Source: Octopus bimaculoides
Lineage: Eukaryota
NCBI RefSeq assembly: GCF_001194135.2
Contig: NC_068988.1
Location: 3,162,754-3,213,490, forward strand
Direction: 5' to 3'
Length of the DNA: 50,737 nt
Both the position numbers and the translations under genes were made by a program. Numbering within the stretch: the stretch's first letter is position 1; each line of letters begins with the position of its first letter. The notes below the pieces were generated by a model. The model saw only the letters and a list, made by a program, of their open reading frames with translations. It had not been told where the DNA came from and ran no database searches. This document shows positions 24,261 through 34,656 of the stretch, in pieces.

Positions 24261-25269
24261 GAAAATAAAATCAAAATGATTGATTCTGGTGGCTGTAGGT
24301 ATGAGATCTTGTGGACTAGTTACCTGTGAGATGAAGGGACACTTAAAGCATTGAGGTATGGCACAAGTACATGCACCAGGTTAAGGATGTTTCACATTGA
24401 TAAAATTCTCAACTTGAGGTTCCAAATTCTCCTATTGCAATAGGATACAATTTGAAATTTAACTTAAAACAAGATATTTAAATGCACTATAATTTTTAAA
24501 GTGAAGAATTAATATCTGTCTCTAAAGATAGATAACTTACCAAAAACTGTCAATGAAAAATATATAATGAATATATTATGCAATATAATGCAGCTGACAA
24601 TCATCTCCTCTTTTGTCTAATCAAATATGTTTACTGATTTTTCTCTTGAGCATTCATCTTGCTGCTTTAATATATCATTTTTGATATATCATTTCCAAAA
24701 TTTGTCTAGCTCATTGGAGGTTAATTAGTTTAATAGGAAAGTAGATATTAATTATTTCTACAAATTGTTTTAAATTTCTTTATTTATGAAATAAAAATTT
24801 TAGCTTTGTTCTTGATAAAATTGTAAAATATAGCTATTTCCTTTAAAACTGTGTAGTTCTACTTGTACATTGATATTATGAAAAATTCGGACAGTCAACT
24901 AATTTTGTAGGGTCATTGCTGCTTCCTTCACTGGAACCAAATTATTGTAAAGTCTCTTCATGATTGAATTCGTTGTTTTTGTGCTGTCAAGTGGCACATG
25001 AAAAATACCAGCAATATCAATATTTGAAAAATAAATCTTTCTATACTTTCCCTATATTTCATAAAATAAACACGGTAACTACTAAAATTTATTCTTCCAT
25101 TTTCATTACATTCACAATCCTATCTCATTTTTTGGTTGCTGTATGAGGTAGGCAGGGAGGGTTAGAAAATTTATAATGAAACAATTGTCATCATTTTCAG
25201 ATTCAGAGAAAAGCAAGCAGGAACACACAGACAGACATGCATGCGCACACACACATACACACACACACG

Positions 25270-25375
25270 TATATTTGGTTGACCCAGAGCTATAGTAGAA
25301 GAAATTTACCTAGGATGCTGTGCAGTAGACCTGAACCAGAAAACACAAGAGAAAAGAAACATATTTAGTCACAAA
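25270..25375 (-). mobile_element. SINE head remnant
   Basis: ttggttgacccagagctatagtagaaga..tacctaggatgctgtgcagtagacctgaacc resembles 27905-27985. Confidence 0.6.
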
Positions 25376-25429
25376 TTATTTCTATCCATTTGTACTTCTA
25401 CTTTATTTCTTGCCATTGTTGTTGTTATG

Positions 25430-25555
25430 GCGCATCAACTTAGTCTTGATTGAGCAGACTTATGATGAAAAACCATTCCAGATATGATTCTACCATCTTC
25501 ATTTACATCTTAGACTCTACAGTAAACAGTGTCCTTCTCTATTATGTCAGTAGGG
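25430..25555 (+). mobile_element. Family D fragment
   Basis: ttagtcttgattgagcagacttatgat..ccattccag resembles 13365-13420. Confidence 0.5.
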
Positions 25556-25679
25556 AGCATAAGAATAGAGAATCTCAGACTTGCATGCATAATACTATTG
25601 AACGAACACCCAGATGAACTCCCAGAAAATACAATACTTTTATGAAAATATTAGGTCATGCCTACCTTTAAAAACAATA

Positions 25680-25887
25680 AAAATGTGCATCTTAGAAGAC
25701 ATTTGTTTTTCAAATATTTGTGTTGCATTGAAAATGTTCGACACATTGTTATGATAGCATTGGAGAGAAATTTCTCAGCAAACCAAAGCGCATTAAGTGC
25801 TTCTTTGGGAGCACAGTGACACAAGAAAGACTAAATGACCGAACCTCCTTTAGTATGAAGAACAAACTTACAGGAGTTTTGGGCTAA
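25680..25887 (+). mobile_element. hAT transposase C-terminal dimerisation-domain remnant
   Basis: FSNICVALKMFDTLL then, after a frameshift, SIGEKFLSKPKRIKCFFGSTVTQERLNDRTSFSMKNKL; fits the hAT motif FPN..ALRI..TLP..ASxERSFSxLKxIKxxLRSTMxQERL. Confidence 0.75.
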
Positions 25888-26429
25888 AACAAAGTAACCA
25901 AATAAATAGAAAAAAAAATGAAATAATAAATCTTTTTTTGAAAAATAAAGACACATAAAGCATGTTTTGTTTAGCAATGAGGATTCTCAGTTCTGCATTA
26001 GTGAACTCATTAAAGTAATTGTTGATAATGTGCTTAAAATTTCAATAAATTTTCCAATTAATTAAACATATGTTTACATTTTTTTCTTTTCATAAAATTG
26101 TTTTCTTGATTGTTAAAAGCTTTTGTTCATGGAAAATTTCACAAAAGAAATCAGCCATAATTTCACAGCATTAAAATTTGAAAAGTTGCTAAAACTGCCA
26201 AAAGTCATGAGTCTTCAGCCAAGAGTTTCTCTGTACCAGGTTTCAGTTCCAGGCTCCACCACTGCACTTGGCAGCTCTGATACTGGGTCACCCAATAATA
26301 CCAGTCCAACATTTTAGGCTGGTTCTTGTTTACTGATCTTGTAAACGATGCAAACTAAAGATGATTTTGGTGGAAAGAAGTGTAAATTGAGTGGAACTAA
26401 AAACCACAGGGCATTTTATTTGATGCACG

Positions 26430-26820
26430 GATTTGGTTCAACCAAGCAAGGTTTGGGGTTCAGTCCCACTGGAAGCTATGATATGATATAGTGTTCTATG
26501 ATATAGCTCCAGGATGACCTGAGTTTAGAGAATGGATCTGGTAGATGGAAACTGAAAGAAGCCTGTCATATGTGTGTGTGTGTGTGTTTGTGTTTCCTTG
26601 TCTTTAAATAAATGTTACCATCATACAACAGAGTGTAATTCATTTCCACTATTCCGTGTATGTCTGGTTATGGTTAAAAAATTTAACAAATGCTGGTAAA
26701 CAATTGAGAGTTGGTTGCATAAAGGGCATCTAGACATAGAACGTCTCTCTTAGCAAGTTGTGTCTGATCCATGCAAGTCTAGGAAAATGGACATTAAAAC
26801 AATAATGATGTTGATGATGA
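26430..26820 (+). mobile_element. tRNA/CORE-like SINE with tail type B
   Basis: ggggttcagtcccactg..ggtagatggaaactgaaagaagcctgtca-(TG)n..gagttggttgcataaagggcatct..tccatgcaagtctaggaaaatggacattaaa-(TGA)n. Confidence 0.7.
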
Positions 26821-26825
26821 TATTT

Positions 26826-27112
26826 ATATACGAGATGCATTCCAGAAGTTTTCCGACTTTTTTAGGAGAAGCAGTTATAACTAGCCTAGATTACTGTAAT
26901 TTTAGTATATCGTTAACATACATCTAATAATCTGACCTGGCACATTTTGTTATTTCAGACTGAAGGAGATGGCTGTAGCAGCACCCTAAACATACCCTAC
27001 CATCTCAGTTTCTAACACCAATTTGCACAAAAGTTCCATGACCAAAGTTATGTAAAATTTGCTGTTTAAACATTGGAGTGGTGCTTTGTCAGAGTTGCAT
27101 CTAAGGTGCACG
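26826..27112 (+). mobile_element. Possible Tc1/mariner 5' end or MITE
   Basis: Starts TA-cgagatgcattccagaagttttccgactt, resembling mariner TIRs; no matching second TIR or transposase seen. Confidence 0.3.
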
Positions 27113-27378
27113 TATACGTTGTGTCTGCCAAGCACTGAGATAAACTCTTTCTTCGTCTTCTTGTTCAGATTACATATTCATACAAGAGTGCATACGTCTG
27201 TCTGCATGTCTGTGCATGTGCACGAATGTCTGTATTAGAGCATCTGATGGCAAACATTGCTTCTTTCAGAGCCAATCCCTGCAGATATCTAAGAACAATT
27301 TTCATAGCAATGATGGAATCAATAAAATTCAGACTTCATGGAAACCAAACCCATTGCCATATTCATAAACTTGAACCC

Positions 27379-27431
27379 TACTACTACTACTGCTGCTACT
27401 ACTGCTGCTGCTGCTGCTGCTGTTGCTGCTG

Positions 27432-27470
<39 letters not shown>

Positions 27471-27505
27471 TTACTACTGTTGCTGCTGCTGTTGTTGCTA
27501 TTCTT
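27379..27505. repeat. Compound (CTA)n/(CTG)n/(TTG)n trinucleotide repeat
   Basis: Alternating blocks of cta and ctg units. Confidence 0.95.
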
Positions 27506-27618
27506 ATATTCTTTAACTAGATTTAATCACTTTACTGGGTCTTGTACATATTTTTTCACTCCCTATTTGTCAAACTGTTAAGGCAAAGGATATAAAGGTA
27601 TACAACATAAACAGCAAT

Positions 27619-27829
27619 TCTTTTATTCTTTTATTCGTTTCAATCATTTGACTGCGGCCATGCTGGAGCACCACCTTTTAGTCAAAAAAATCAACCCCAG
27701 GACTTATTCTTTGTAAGTCTAGTACTTATTCTATCAGTCTCTTTTTCCCGAACCACTATGTTACGAGGACGTAAGCACACTAGCATCGGTTGTCAAACGA
27801 TGGTGGGGGGAACAAATACAGACACACAA

Positions 27830-27864
<35 letters not shown>

Positions 27865-28015
27865 CGAGAGGCTTCTTTCAGTTTCCGTCAACCAAATCCA
27901 CTCACAAGCCTTTAGTCAACCCAAGGCTACAGTAGAAGACACTTGCCCAAGGTGCCATGCAGTGGGACTGAACCTGGAACCATGTGGTTGGTAAGCAGGC
28001 TACTTACCACACAGT
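27619..28015 (-). mobile_element. Full-length tRNA/CORE-like SINE (head, internal microsatellite, tail type A)
   Basis: On the - strand: ctgtgtggtaag..ggttccaggttcagtcccactgcatggcaccttgggcaagtgtcttctact..gaaagaagcctctcg-(TA)n(TG)n-..ggtgctccagcatggccgcagtcaaatgattgaaac. Octopus OR2 is an established CORE-SINE; exact family not verified. Confidence 0.92.
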
Positions 28016-28600
28016 CGTTAGTTTCTTTTTAATTCTTTTACCTAAAAGAAAATTAAAGTCTTCTTTAAATGGTATTATACACACCATCAGTTAGTGATTC
28101 CATATACATTAAGTTATACACCCTGTCATCTAATTGTTCTGTATGTGTAAAGTTATGCTCCCAGTCATTCAGTCATTCTACACATATTCTACACTCACTC
28201 TGTCAGTAGTCTTGTATGCAAATGCGAGTCTGTTCTCTGATGTTACCATTTTAGATGTTGATAAAAATTCCAACCATTAATTAACTCTTGCAATACAGGA
28301 ATGGTGCTAAATTCCATAAAGACTAAAAGAAAAAAAACAAAAAACGTGCAAGCAATAAATTAATTAAACTAATAATAAATTATTTCAAATTGTCATAAAT
28401 TTCAATTATTTCCTATTGATTACTTGTCAATAATACATAAATGGAAATAAGTGAGAATATGTGTGTGTGTGTGTGTGAACATGTGAATGTGCTTGTGTGA
28501 ATATATCTTTGTGAGTCTGTGTAAGATTGTGACCTTGTATTTTTGTGTGCATATATAAGTGTGTGAGTGTATGTGTGTGTGTGAATGCATGTATGGGTGT

Positions 28601-29772
28601 CATCATCATCATCATCATCATTTAACATCTGCTTTCCATGCCGGCATGGGTTGGACAGTTTGACTGAGAACTGGCAGGCTGGGAGGCTACACCAGGCTCC
28701 AATCTGATTTGGCAGGGTTTCTACAGCTGGATGCCCTTCCTAATGCCAACCGCTCCTAGAGTGTAGTGGGTGTTTTTTACGTGCCACCAGCATGGGTGCC
28801 AGTCAGGCAGCACTGGCATCAGCCATGGTCGAATGGTGCTTTTTATGTGCCAGTCAGGTTGTGCTGGCATTGGCCACAACTATGATTTCTCTCGGTTCAA
28901 CAGGTCTTCAGAAGCATGGCATATTGGTCAATGTAAAGGTTGCTTTTAAATGGGCCAGTTATGCAAAACTGTCGTTGGCCACCACTATGATCTCACTTGG
29001 CTTGCTGGGTTTTCTCAAGCACAGCATATCTCTAAAGATCTCAGTCTCCTGTCATTGCCTCTGTGAGGCCAAACTTTCAAAGGTCATGCTTCAACACCTC
29101 ATCCTGGGTCTATCCCTTCCACAGGTTCCCTCCACTATTAGGGTGTGACACTTCTCACACCTGTCCTCATCCATACACATCATATGACCATAGCAGTGCA
29201 GTTATCTCTCTTGCACAGCACATCTGATGCTTCTTATGTCCAACTTTTCACTCAAGGTGCTTACACTCTGTTGTGTATGAACACTGGCATTACACATCCA
29301 GTGGAGCATACTAGCTTCATTTCTTTCAAGCCTACGCATGTCCTCAGCAGTCACAGCTCATGTTTCACTGCCATGTAGCATGGCTGTTCACACATAGGCA
29401 TCATACAGTCTACCTTTCACTCTGAGTGAGAGGCTCTTTGTCACCAGCAGAAGTAGGAGCTTTCTGAACTTTGCCCAGGCTATTCTTATTCTAGCAGTTA
29501 CGCTCTCAGAGTATCCATCCCTACTACTGACTTGGCCACCTAGGTAATGGAAGCTATCAACTATTTCTAGTTTTTTTCCCTCGGCACGTGACAGAAGCTG
29601 TTTTCTGCACATCTTCAGTGTTTATTGCACCTGTGCATCTGCCACACACAAAAACTCTCTTTCCAGTTAACTTTCTTTTGATATTACTGCACCTCTTATG
29701 TGTCCATAGCTTACACTGGGTACATCTTATGGAGTTTCTACCTACGCCTTTTCTACAGTTCAAACAGGGTGT
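28601..29772 (-). mobile_element. 5'-truncated RTE-clade LINE: PHD finger, RT C-terminus, 3' UTR and (TGA)n tail; ORF disrupted
   Basis: CLNCRKGVGRNSIRCTQCKLWTHKRCSNIKRKLTGKRVFVCGRC..KKLEIVDSFHYLGGQVSS..TARIRIAWAKFRKLL..SLRVKGRLYDAYV..MLHGSET; several stops and frameshifts; ORF end near 28992; possible 6-bp TSD gggtgt (28595-28600 / 29767-29772). Confidence 0.93.
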
Positions 29773-30191
29773 TTGTAAACTGAGGTAGTTCTGTATTAAA
29801 TGAAGCATTAAAAGCAGCAGATAAAGTACAGCTTATTCATAATCAGAGGTGCTCAAAAACCATGGTACTACAATATATTTATATATGCATATACATGTAT
29901 GTATATGTACATATGTGTGTGCGTGTTTGTGTGTATATACACACACATACATTATATGGACAATATTTTAAACTGAGACATTATGATCGTATCTAATTCT
30001 TCAAGTGCTTTCTTTTTGTGTCTATACATATATTTACTAGATTGTTGACATTAACTAATGGTTTTTTTCTTTCCATTGTGTTGATGTGCCATTTTCTATC
30101 ATTAATAAGATTGTCAGCATCTTTGACGATATCAGTATGCTAGTATATATATATCAAACACACATCTGTCAGGGAATTTATTGAAGTCATT

Positions 30192-30419
30192 TTAAGGCGT
30201 TAGCATTCAGATTACTCTAGCAAATGTAATGCATAATTATTCAAATTGTTTTGAATTAATTATGTTATACCTTGCAACCAAGAGATTTTGACAATGGGAA
30301 TGTTTATTTTTAGAATGACATGGTTGGGTAGGTGTGAGAAGCCAAATCTAGTTGGTTTGAAAATGAAACTAGAAAAATATTTGGACTGGATATGGCTGAT
30401 TTAAGTTTTAATGAGTTAA
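30192..30419 (-). mobile_element. piggyBac-type (TTAA) MITE
   Basis: TTAA at both ends; ttagcattcagattactc...ggatatggctgatttaa is the reverse complement of 21721-21948. Confidence 0.78.
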
Positions 30420-30735
30420 ACAATTGTTGAGCACCAAAACATAAAAACAGTAAAATTTTGTTGTTAGATTTAGCACTTCAACTATTGCATGAAATTAGGA
30501 AAAAAATTTGTAAAAAATAAAAAAAAAACTTTTAATTGATTTTTTTTTTAATTCTCAGATTTCTGTCTTAATTATGATTGTCTTCTTAATATGTGGCTTG
30601 ATGTAGGAGGGAGATTTTTCTGCCCATATCTAACAAATGACTTTTCAGAAGTAGAAATAAAGATTCATGTTTAATTACTGCTGATAAATGAATGTAATCA
30701 TACATACATACATACACACATATATTTATATATCA

Positions 30736-31000
30736 CCATCATCATCATCATCTAAAGTCTGTTTTCCATGCTGGCATGGGTTGGACGATTTTGCAGGAGC
30801 TGGCAAAGCCAGGATCTGCACCGAGTTCCATTGTTTTCTTTGGCATGGTTTCTACAGCTGGATGCCCTTCCTAATACCAATTACTCCACAAAGTACACTG
30901 GGTGCTTTGTACGTGGCACTATCACTGGCAGGATCACCAAGTATCTTACAAAACAAAACACCTCAGCTGGAAGGAGGGGTTGTATTGAGGGTGTGTGAGT
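30736..31000 (-). mobile_element. RTE-type 3' tail (variant)
   Basis: (CAT)n, gttttccatgctggcatgggttggacg, tttctacagctggatgcccttcctaat. Confidence 0.85.
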
Positions 31001-31002
31001 GG

Positions 31003-31081
<79 letters not shown>

Positions 31082-31087
31082 TTTTTT

Positions 31088-31225
31088 CTTTCTGTGTTCC
31101 TTTCTGTGGAAGAGCGTAGGCTCGAAACGTTAAAGACTTTTTCACCTCTCGAGCATTATACTAATACATCTATTTGTTGTCTACACCACTTGCCTTCGTT
31201 TTTTTTTTTTTGTGAATTCTTCTTA
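31088..31225 (+). mobile_element. Penelope-like element terminus, family 1
   Basis: Sits between (TA)n tracts and contains gagcgtaggctcgaaacgttaaagac, with the GAAACGT signature typical of PLE terminal repeats. Confidence 0.6.
31099..31137 (+). ncRNA. Minimal hammerhead-ribozyme-like fold, non-canonical core
   Basis: Stem I cttt/aaag; core CUGUGGA instead of CUGAnGA, plus an extra A; stem II gagc-gtag-gctc; GAAA; palindromic ACGU stem III; GUU cleavage triplet. Confidence 0.5.
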
Positions 31226-31243
31226 TATATATATATATCTATA

Positions 31244-31462
31244 TATACATTTATAAACATAATTACGGGATCAGCAACAGTTACTTCACCACATACAGAA
31301 GTTCAGAAATAGCAGCTAAAGGGCTGAAACTCCAACAGATAGCAGTACTTGTAACTCACAAAGGCATCTGTTGAAGTTTCAGCACTTTAGCTGCTATTTC
31401 TGAACTTCGGTATGTGGTGAAGCAACTGTTGCTGATCCCTTAATTATGTTTATAAATGTATA
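31244..31462. repeat. 97-bp inverted repeat with a 25-nt spacer
   Basis: 31244-31340 versus the reverse complement of 31366-31462: 92/97 identical, no indels. Confidence 0.97.
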
Positions 31463-31614
31463 AGAACTTTTAAATAAGTTCTTCACCGATAATGGTGTTT
31501 ACATACCGAAGGGCTTGGTAAAAATTATTAATTATTAATTTATTAATAAATTAATAAATTGATAATCCTTTACCCTTTTATTTGTAATATCTATATATAT
31601 ATATATATACATAC

Positions 31615-31752
31615 ATTATTTACATTTGATGGATATTTGTCCTCATCTTGTTTGCTGTTGACACAATGTTTCGGCTGATACACCCTCCAGCTTTCATCAG
31701 GTTTCTTGCGGAAATTTCAAACCTGGGTTCTCGTCCCTAAGGTATTTTTCCA
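31615..31752 (-). mobile_element. Penelope-like element terminus, family 2
   Basis: Homologous to 23211-23268; carries a CTGATGA...GAAA motif; next to (TA)n and (TTA)n. Confidence 0.7.
31660..31705 (-). ncRNA. Minimal type I hammerhead ribozyme, canonical core, decayed stems
   Basis: - strand gaaac-CUGAUGA-aagcug(gagggugua u)cagcc-GAAA-cauu-guguc; one mismatch each in stems I, II and III. Confidence 0.65.
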
Positions 31753-31757
31753 TGTTG

Positions 31758-31789
<32 letters not shown>

Positions 31790-31791
<2 letters not shown>

Positions 31792-31855
31792 TTGGAATTG
31801 AACTCAGAATCTTGGGGCTAGTAGCCCATGCTGCTCTTAACCACTATGTCATATA
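31790..31855 (-). mobile_element. tRNA-derived SINE head remnant
   Basis: - strand atagtggttaagagcagcatgg..ctgagttcaattccaag with A- and B-box-like motifs. Confidence 0.55.
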
Positions 31856-31860
31856 CACAA

Positions 31861-31891
<31 letters not shown>

Positions 31892-31898
31892 TGTGAAA

Positions 31899-31990
31899 GC
31901 GTATAGCTTAGTGGTTAAGGTGTTACACTCATGATTGCGAGATTGAGGGTTCAATTCCCAGACTTGAGCATTGCAGTATGTTTTTGAACA
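31899..31990 (+). mobile_element. tRNA-derived SINE head remnant
   Basis: tagcttagtggttaagg (A box) ... gggttcaattccc (B box); no acceptor stem. Confidence 0.6.
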
Positions 31991-32394
31991 CTAATAAAAT
32001 ACCAATACAGTATTGAACCAATGATTGTTGGCTCCACTTCTTTTTATGATGATGTATTGATATATAGGGATAAAGTATTGGCAACTGTCATATTATAAAC
32101 ATATTAATGACACACACTGTGTGTATGTGTATGTGTAGTATCACATTGTAGTGAAACTAAATGATGGAAAGGTCGCTCTAATTTATTAACTCAACAAGTT
32201 CCCAAGAACACATTATAATATGCAAGTACACACATAGAGGCACACACACATGCATATATGTGTATATATAGATGTGTATGCGTGTATTTCTTTATATATA
32301 TATAAGCACATACATTTTCTTATATAAGTGAGAGTGTGTATCTATGTGTGTGTGTGTATGTTCATATATGTATAAAATGTATGTGTATATATAG

Positions 32395-32439
<45 letters not shown>

Positions 32440-32994
32440 AGCTCATATATTTACTTATATAAGTGAGTGAGTAAGTATGTGTGTGTGTGTGTGTTGCACA
32501 CATATATTCCTGTTTATCTGTGTGTCTCTGTTCGTGCAATCTCCCAATTCCTTTTCATATCGTTTAATTGTTGGCTGCACTTACCTACCATACTTATGGG
32601 TTGTTGTCCTTCTGGGAAGCCCCTCATCAATTTATCTCCCTTTTATCTTCATTCCCTTTTATTTCCCTTTTATCTTCACTCTTATTTTATAATCCCCCCA
32701 CCACCACTACCACCAGCCTATCATAATCATCTTCTATCCATCCATCTATCTATCAATCTCTCTATTAAATTATCTTTTGTTTTACTTTACAGTTTTAATT
32801 TGTAATAGATATTTTCTGTCTTTTTTCAATATTGTATTCTACTTCTTCAATCTATTCCTCCCTCCTCCTCATCCTCATCCACATCATCATCATCACCACC
32901 ACCACCATCATCATCATCACAACACTATCATTGCCCATTTCAGTTTATATTTTGTATCAATACACTTCCCTCTAAGTGCAAGTTTATAATAGGT

Positions 32995-33034
32995 AACTGG
33001 ATGTTCCCAGTGAATTAACTGGGAACATCCAGTT
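32995..33034. repeat. Perfect 17-bp hairpin with a 6-nt loop
   Basis: aactggatgttcccagt-gaatta-actgggaacatccagtt. Confidence 0.95.
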
Positions 33035-33319
33035 TTGACCCCTACTTCTCTACTGTTTTCGATGTGATGGCCCACCCTGCCTAATTCTGAAGATTCCTTC
33101 AGCTCTGGTGTCGATTGCATTTTTCTTTTTTCTTTGGCTTTTTATTCTTTGGTTTCTTTGAAGCAGCATCAATGAATGTCAGTAAGGGAATGGCCACCCT
33201 GGCAAATTTCCCTCCAACAGCCACTGCCAGCTAACTGTCAGGTGACACAATCTAGGCTTCGACTGTTAATGGAGGGAAATGGCACGTAGTCCTGCACCCC
33301 CTCTAGACACCTACCTCCC

Positions 33320-33535
33320 AACAGAATTGTAAATTGTTAGGATACTGGGCAAAATGCTGTTAAGCATTTCATTCATCCCTTTGTTCTGAGTTCAAATTCT
33401 GCCAAGGTTGAGTTTGCCTTTCATCCTTTTGGGGTTGATAAAATAAGTATCAGTTGCATTCTGGGGTCGATGTAAGTGACTTAGCCCCTTCCCCAAACCT
33501 GCTGGCCTTGTTTTAAAATGTGAAAGCATTGTTAC
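33320..33535 (+). mobile_element. tRNA-derived SINE family E
   Basis: ctgggcaaaatgctg..gttctgagttcaaattctgccaaggttgagtttgcctttcatccttttggggttgataaaataagtatcagttg..ctggggtcgatgtaa. Confidence 0.88.
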
Positions 33536-33777
33536 TATCAACATCATCATTATTATATATATGATGATGATGATGATGATGAAGATTTTAGTTATCAAAG
33601 ACAGGAAGTTCATTTATTCACCAGCTTAATATTATTCAGGCTGGAATAGAACAAATGCATTTTATTGTAGGTTGGAGTATTTCACTTTTACAATTATGAC
33701 TGCCATTGATAACATTGTCACCAATATCAATAGTAATATCAAATACCAACCTCAACAATGCTACTAGGTCTGTATAA

Positions 33778-33826
<49 letters not shown>

Positions 33827-34532
33827 TGAAAACCAATAGCAACAATGACTATGCAGTGGACAAGAAAATCCATAAAACAGAATCATTTATTTAGTAAGAG
33901 ACCATTGCAGAAAGTATTTCTGTCTCTCCAAAAAGATATAATTTATATTCATTGTAAAAGAAAGGACACCAGAGACAAAGTAAGGAAGAATATGAAAATT
34001 TATGTTTAAGTTACGGAAATTCTCCCTACAGAAATTCCTATTTTGGAACTTTGATTTCATGAGCTTCCTTTTAACAGAATGCATGACATCTATTCTGCAA
34101 GAGTCTCTAATTTATGTCACTGTTTCACAGAATATTCAGTTAAAAAGACAAAAAAATATCCCATATGATGAAATTCAATTGCTTTTAGTTATCAGACACA
34201 TACAAATATAGATGTGTATATGACATATACATATACAAATACATACATACATACATACAAATATATGCTAGTATATGTATACATATATCTATCTATCAAT
34301 CTATCTACATATATATATATATATAATCATAAATATGATTATAAATTATTTATGATTATAAATTATTATTTACCGAAAAAGGTTTTTTTCATACTGAGCT
34401 ACCCGGCAGAAATTGTTAATTATTAATTTTATTACTAATTGATGATTCCCTGCCCTGCATATCTATATATATATATATATATATATATAGATATATATAT
34501 ATAATATATATATGTAATGCACACACATACAC

Positions 34533-34619
34533 NNNNNNNNNNNNNNNNNNNNNNNNNNNNNNNNNNNNNNNNNNNNNNNNNNNNNNNNNNNNNNNNNNNN
34601 NNNNNNNNNNNNNNNNNNN
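34533..34619. other. Assembly gap
   Basis: N run. Confidence 0.99.

Positions 34620-34656
<37 letters not shown>

Noticed and set aside
31899-31970. tRNA-like sequence
   Set aside because: It has A and B boxes but no acceptor or anticodon stems, and continues into SINE body; a SINE head, not a tRNA.
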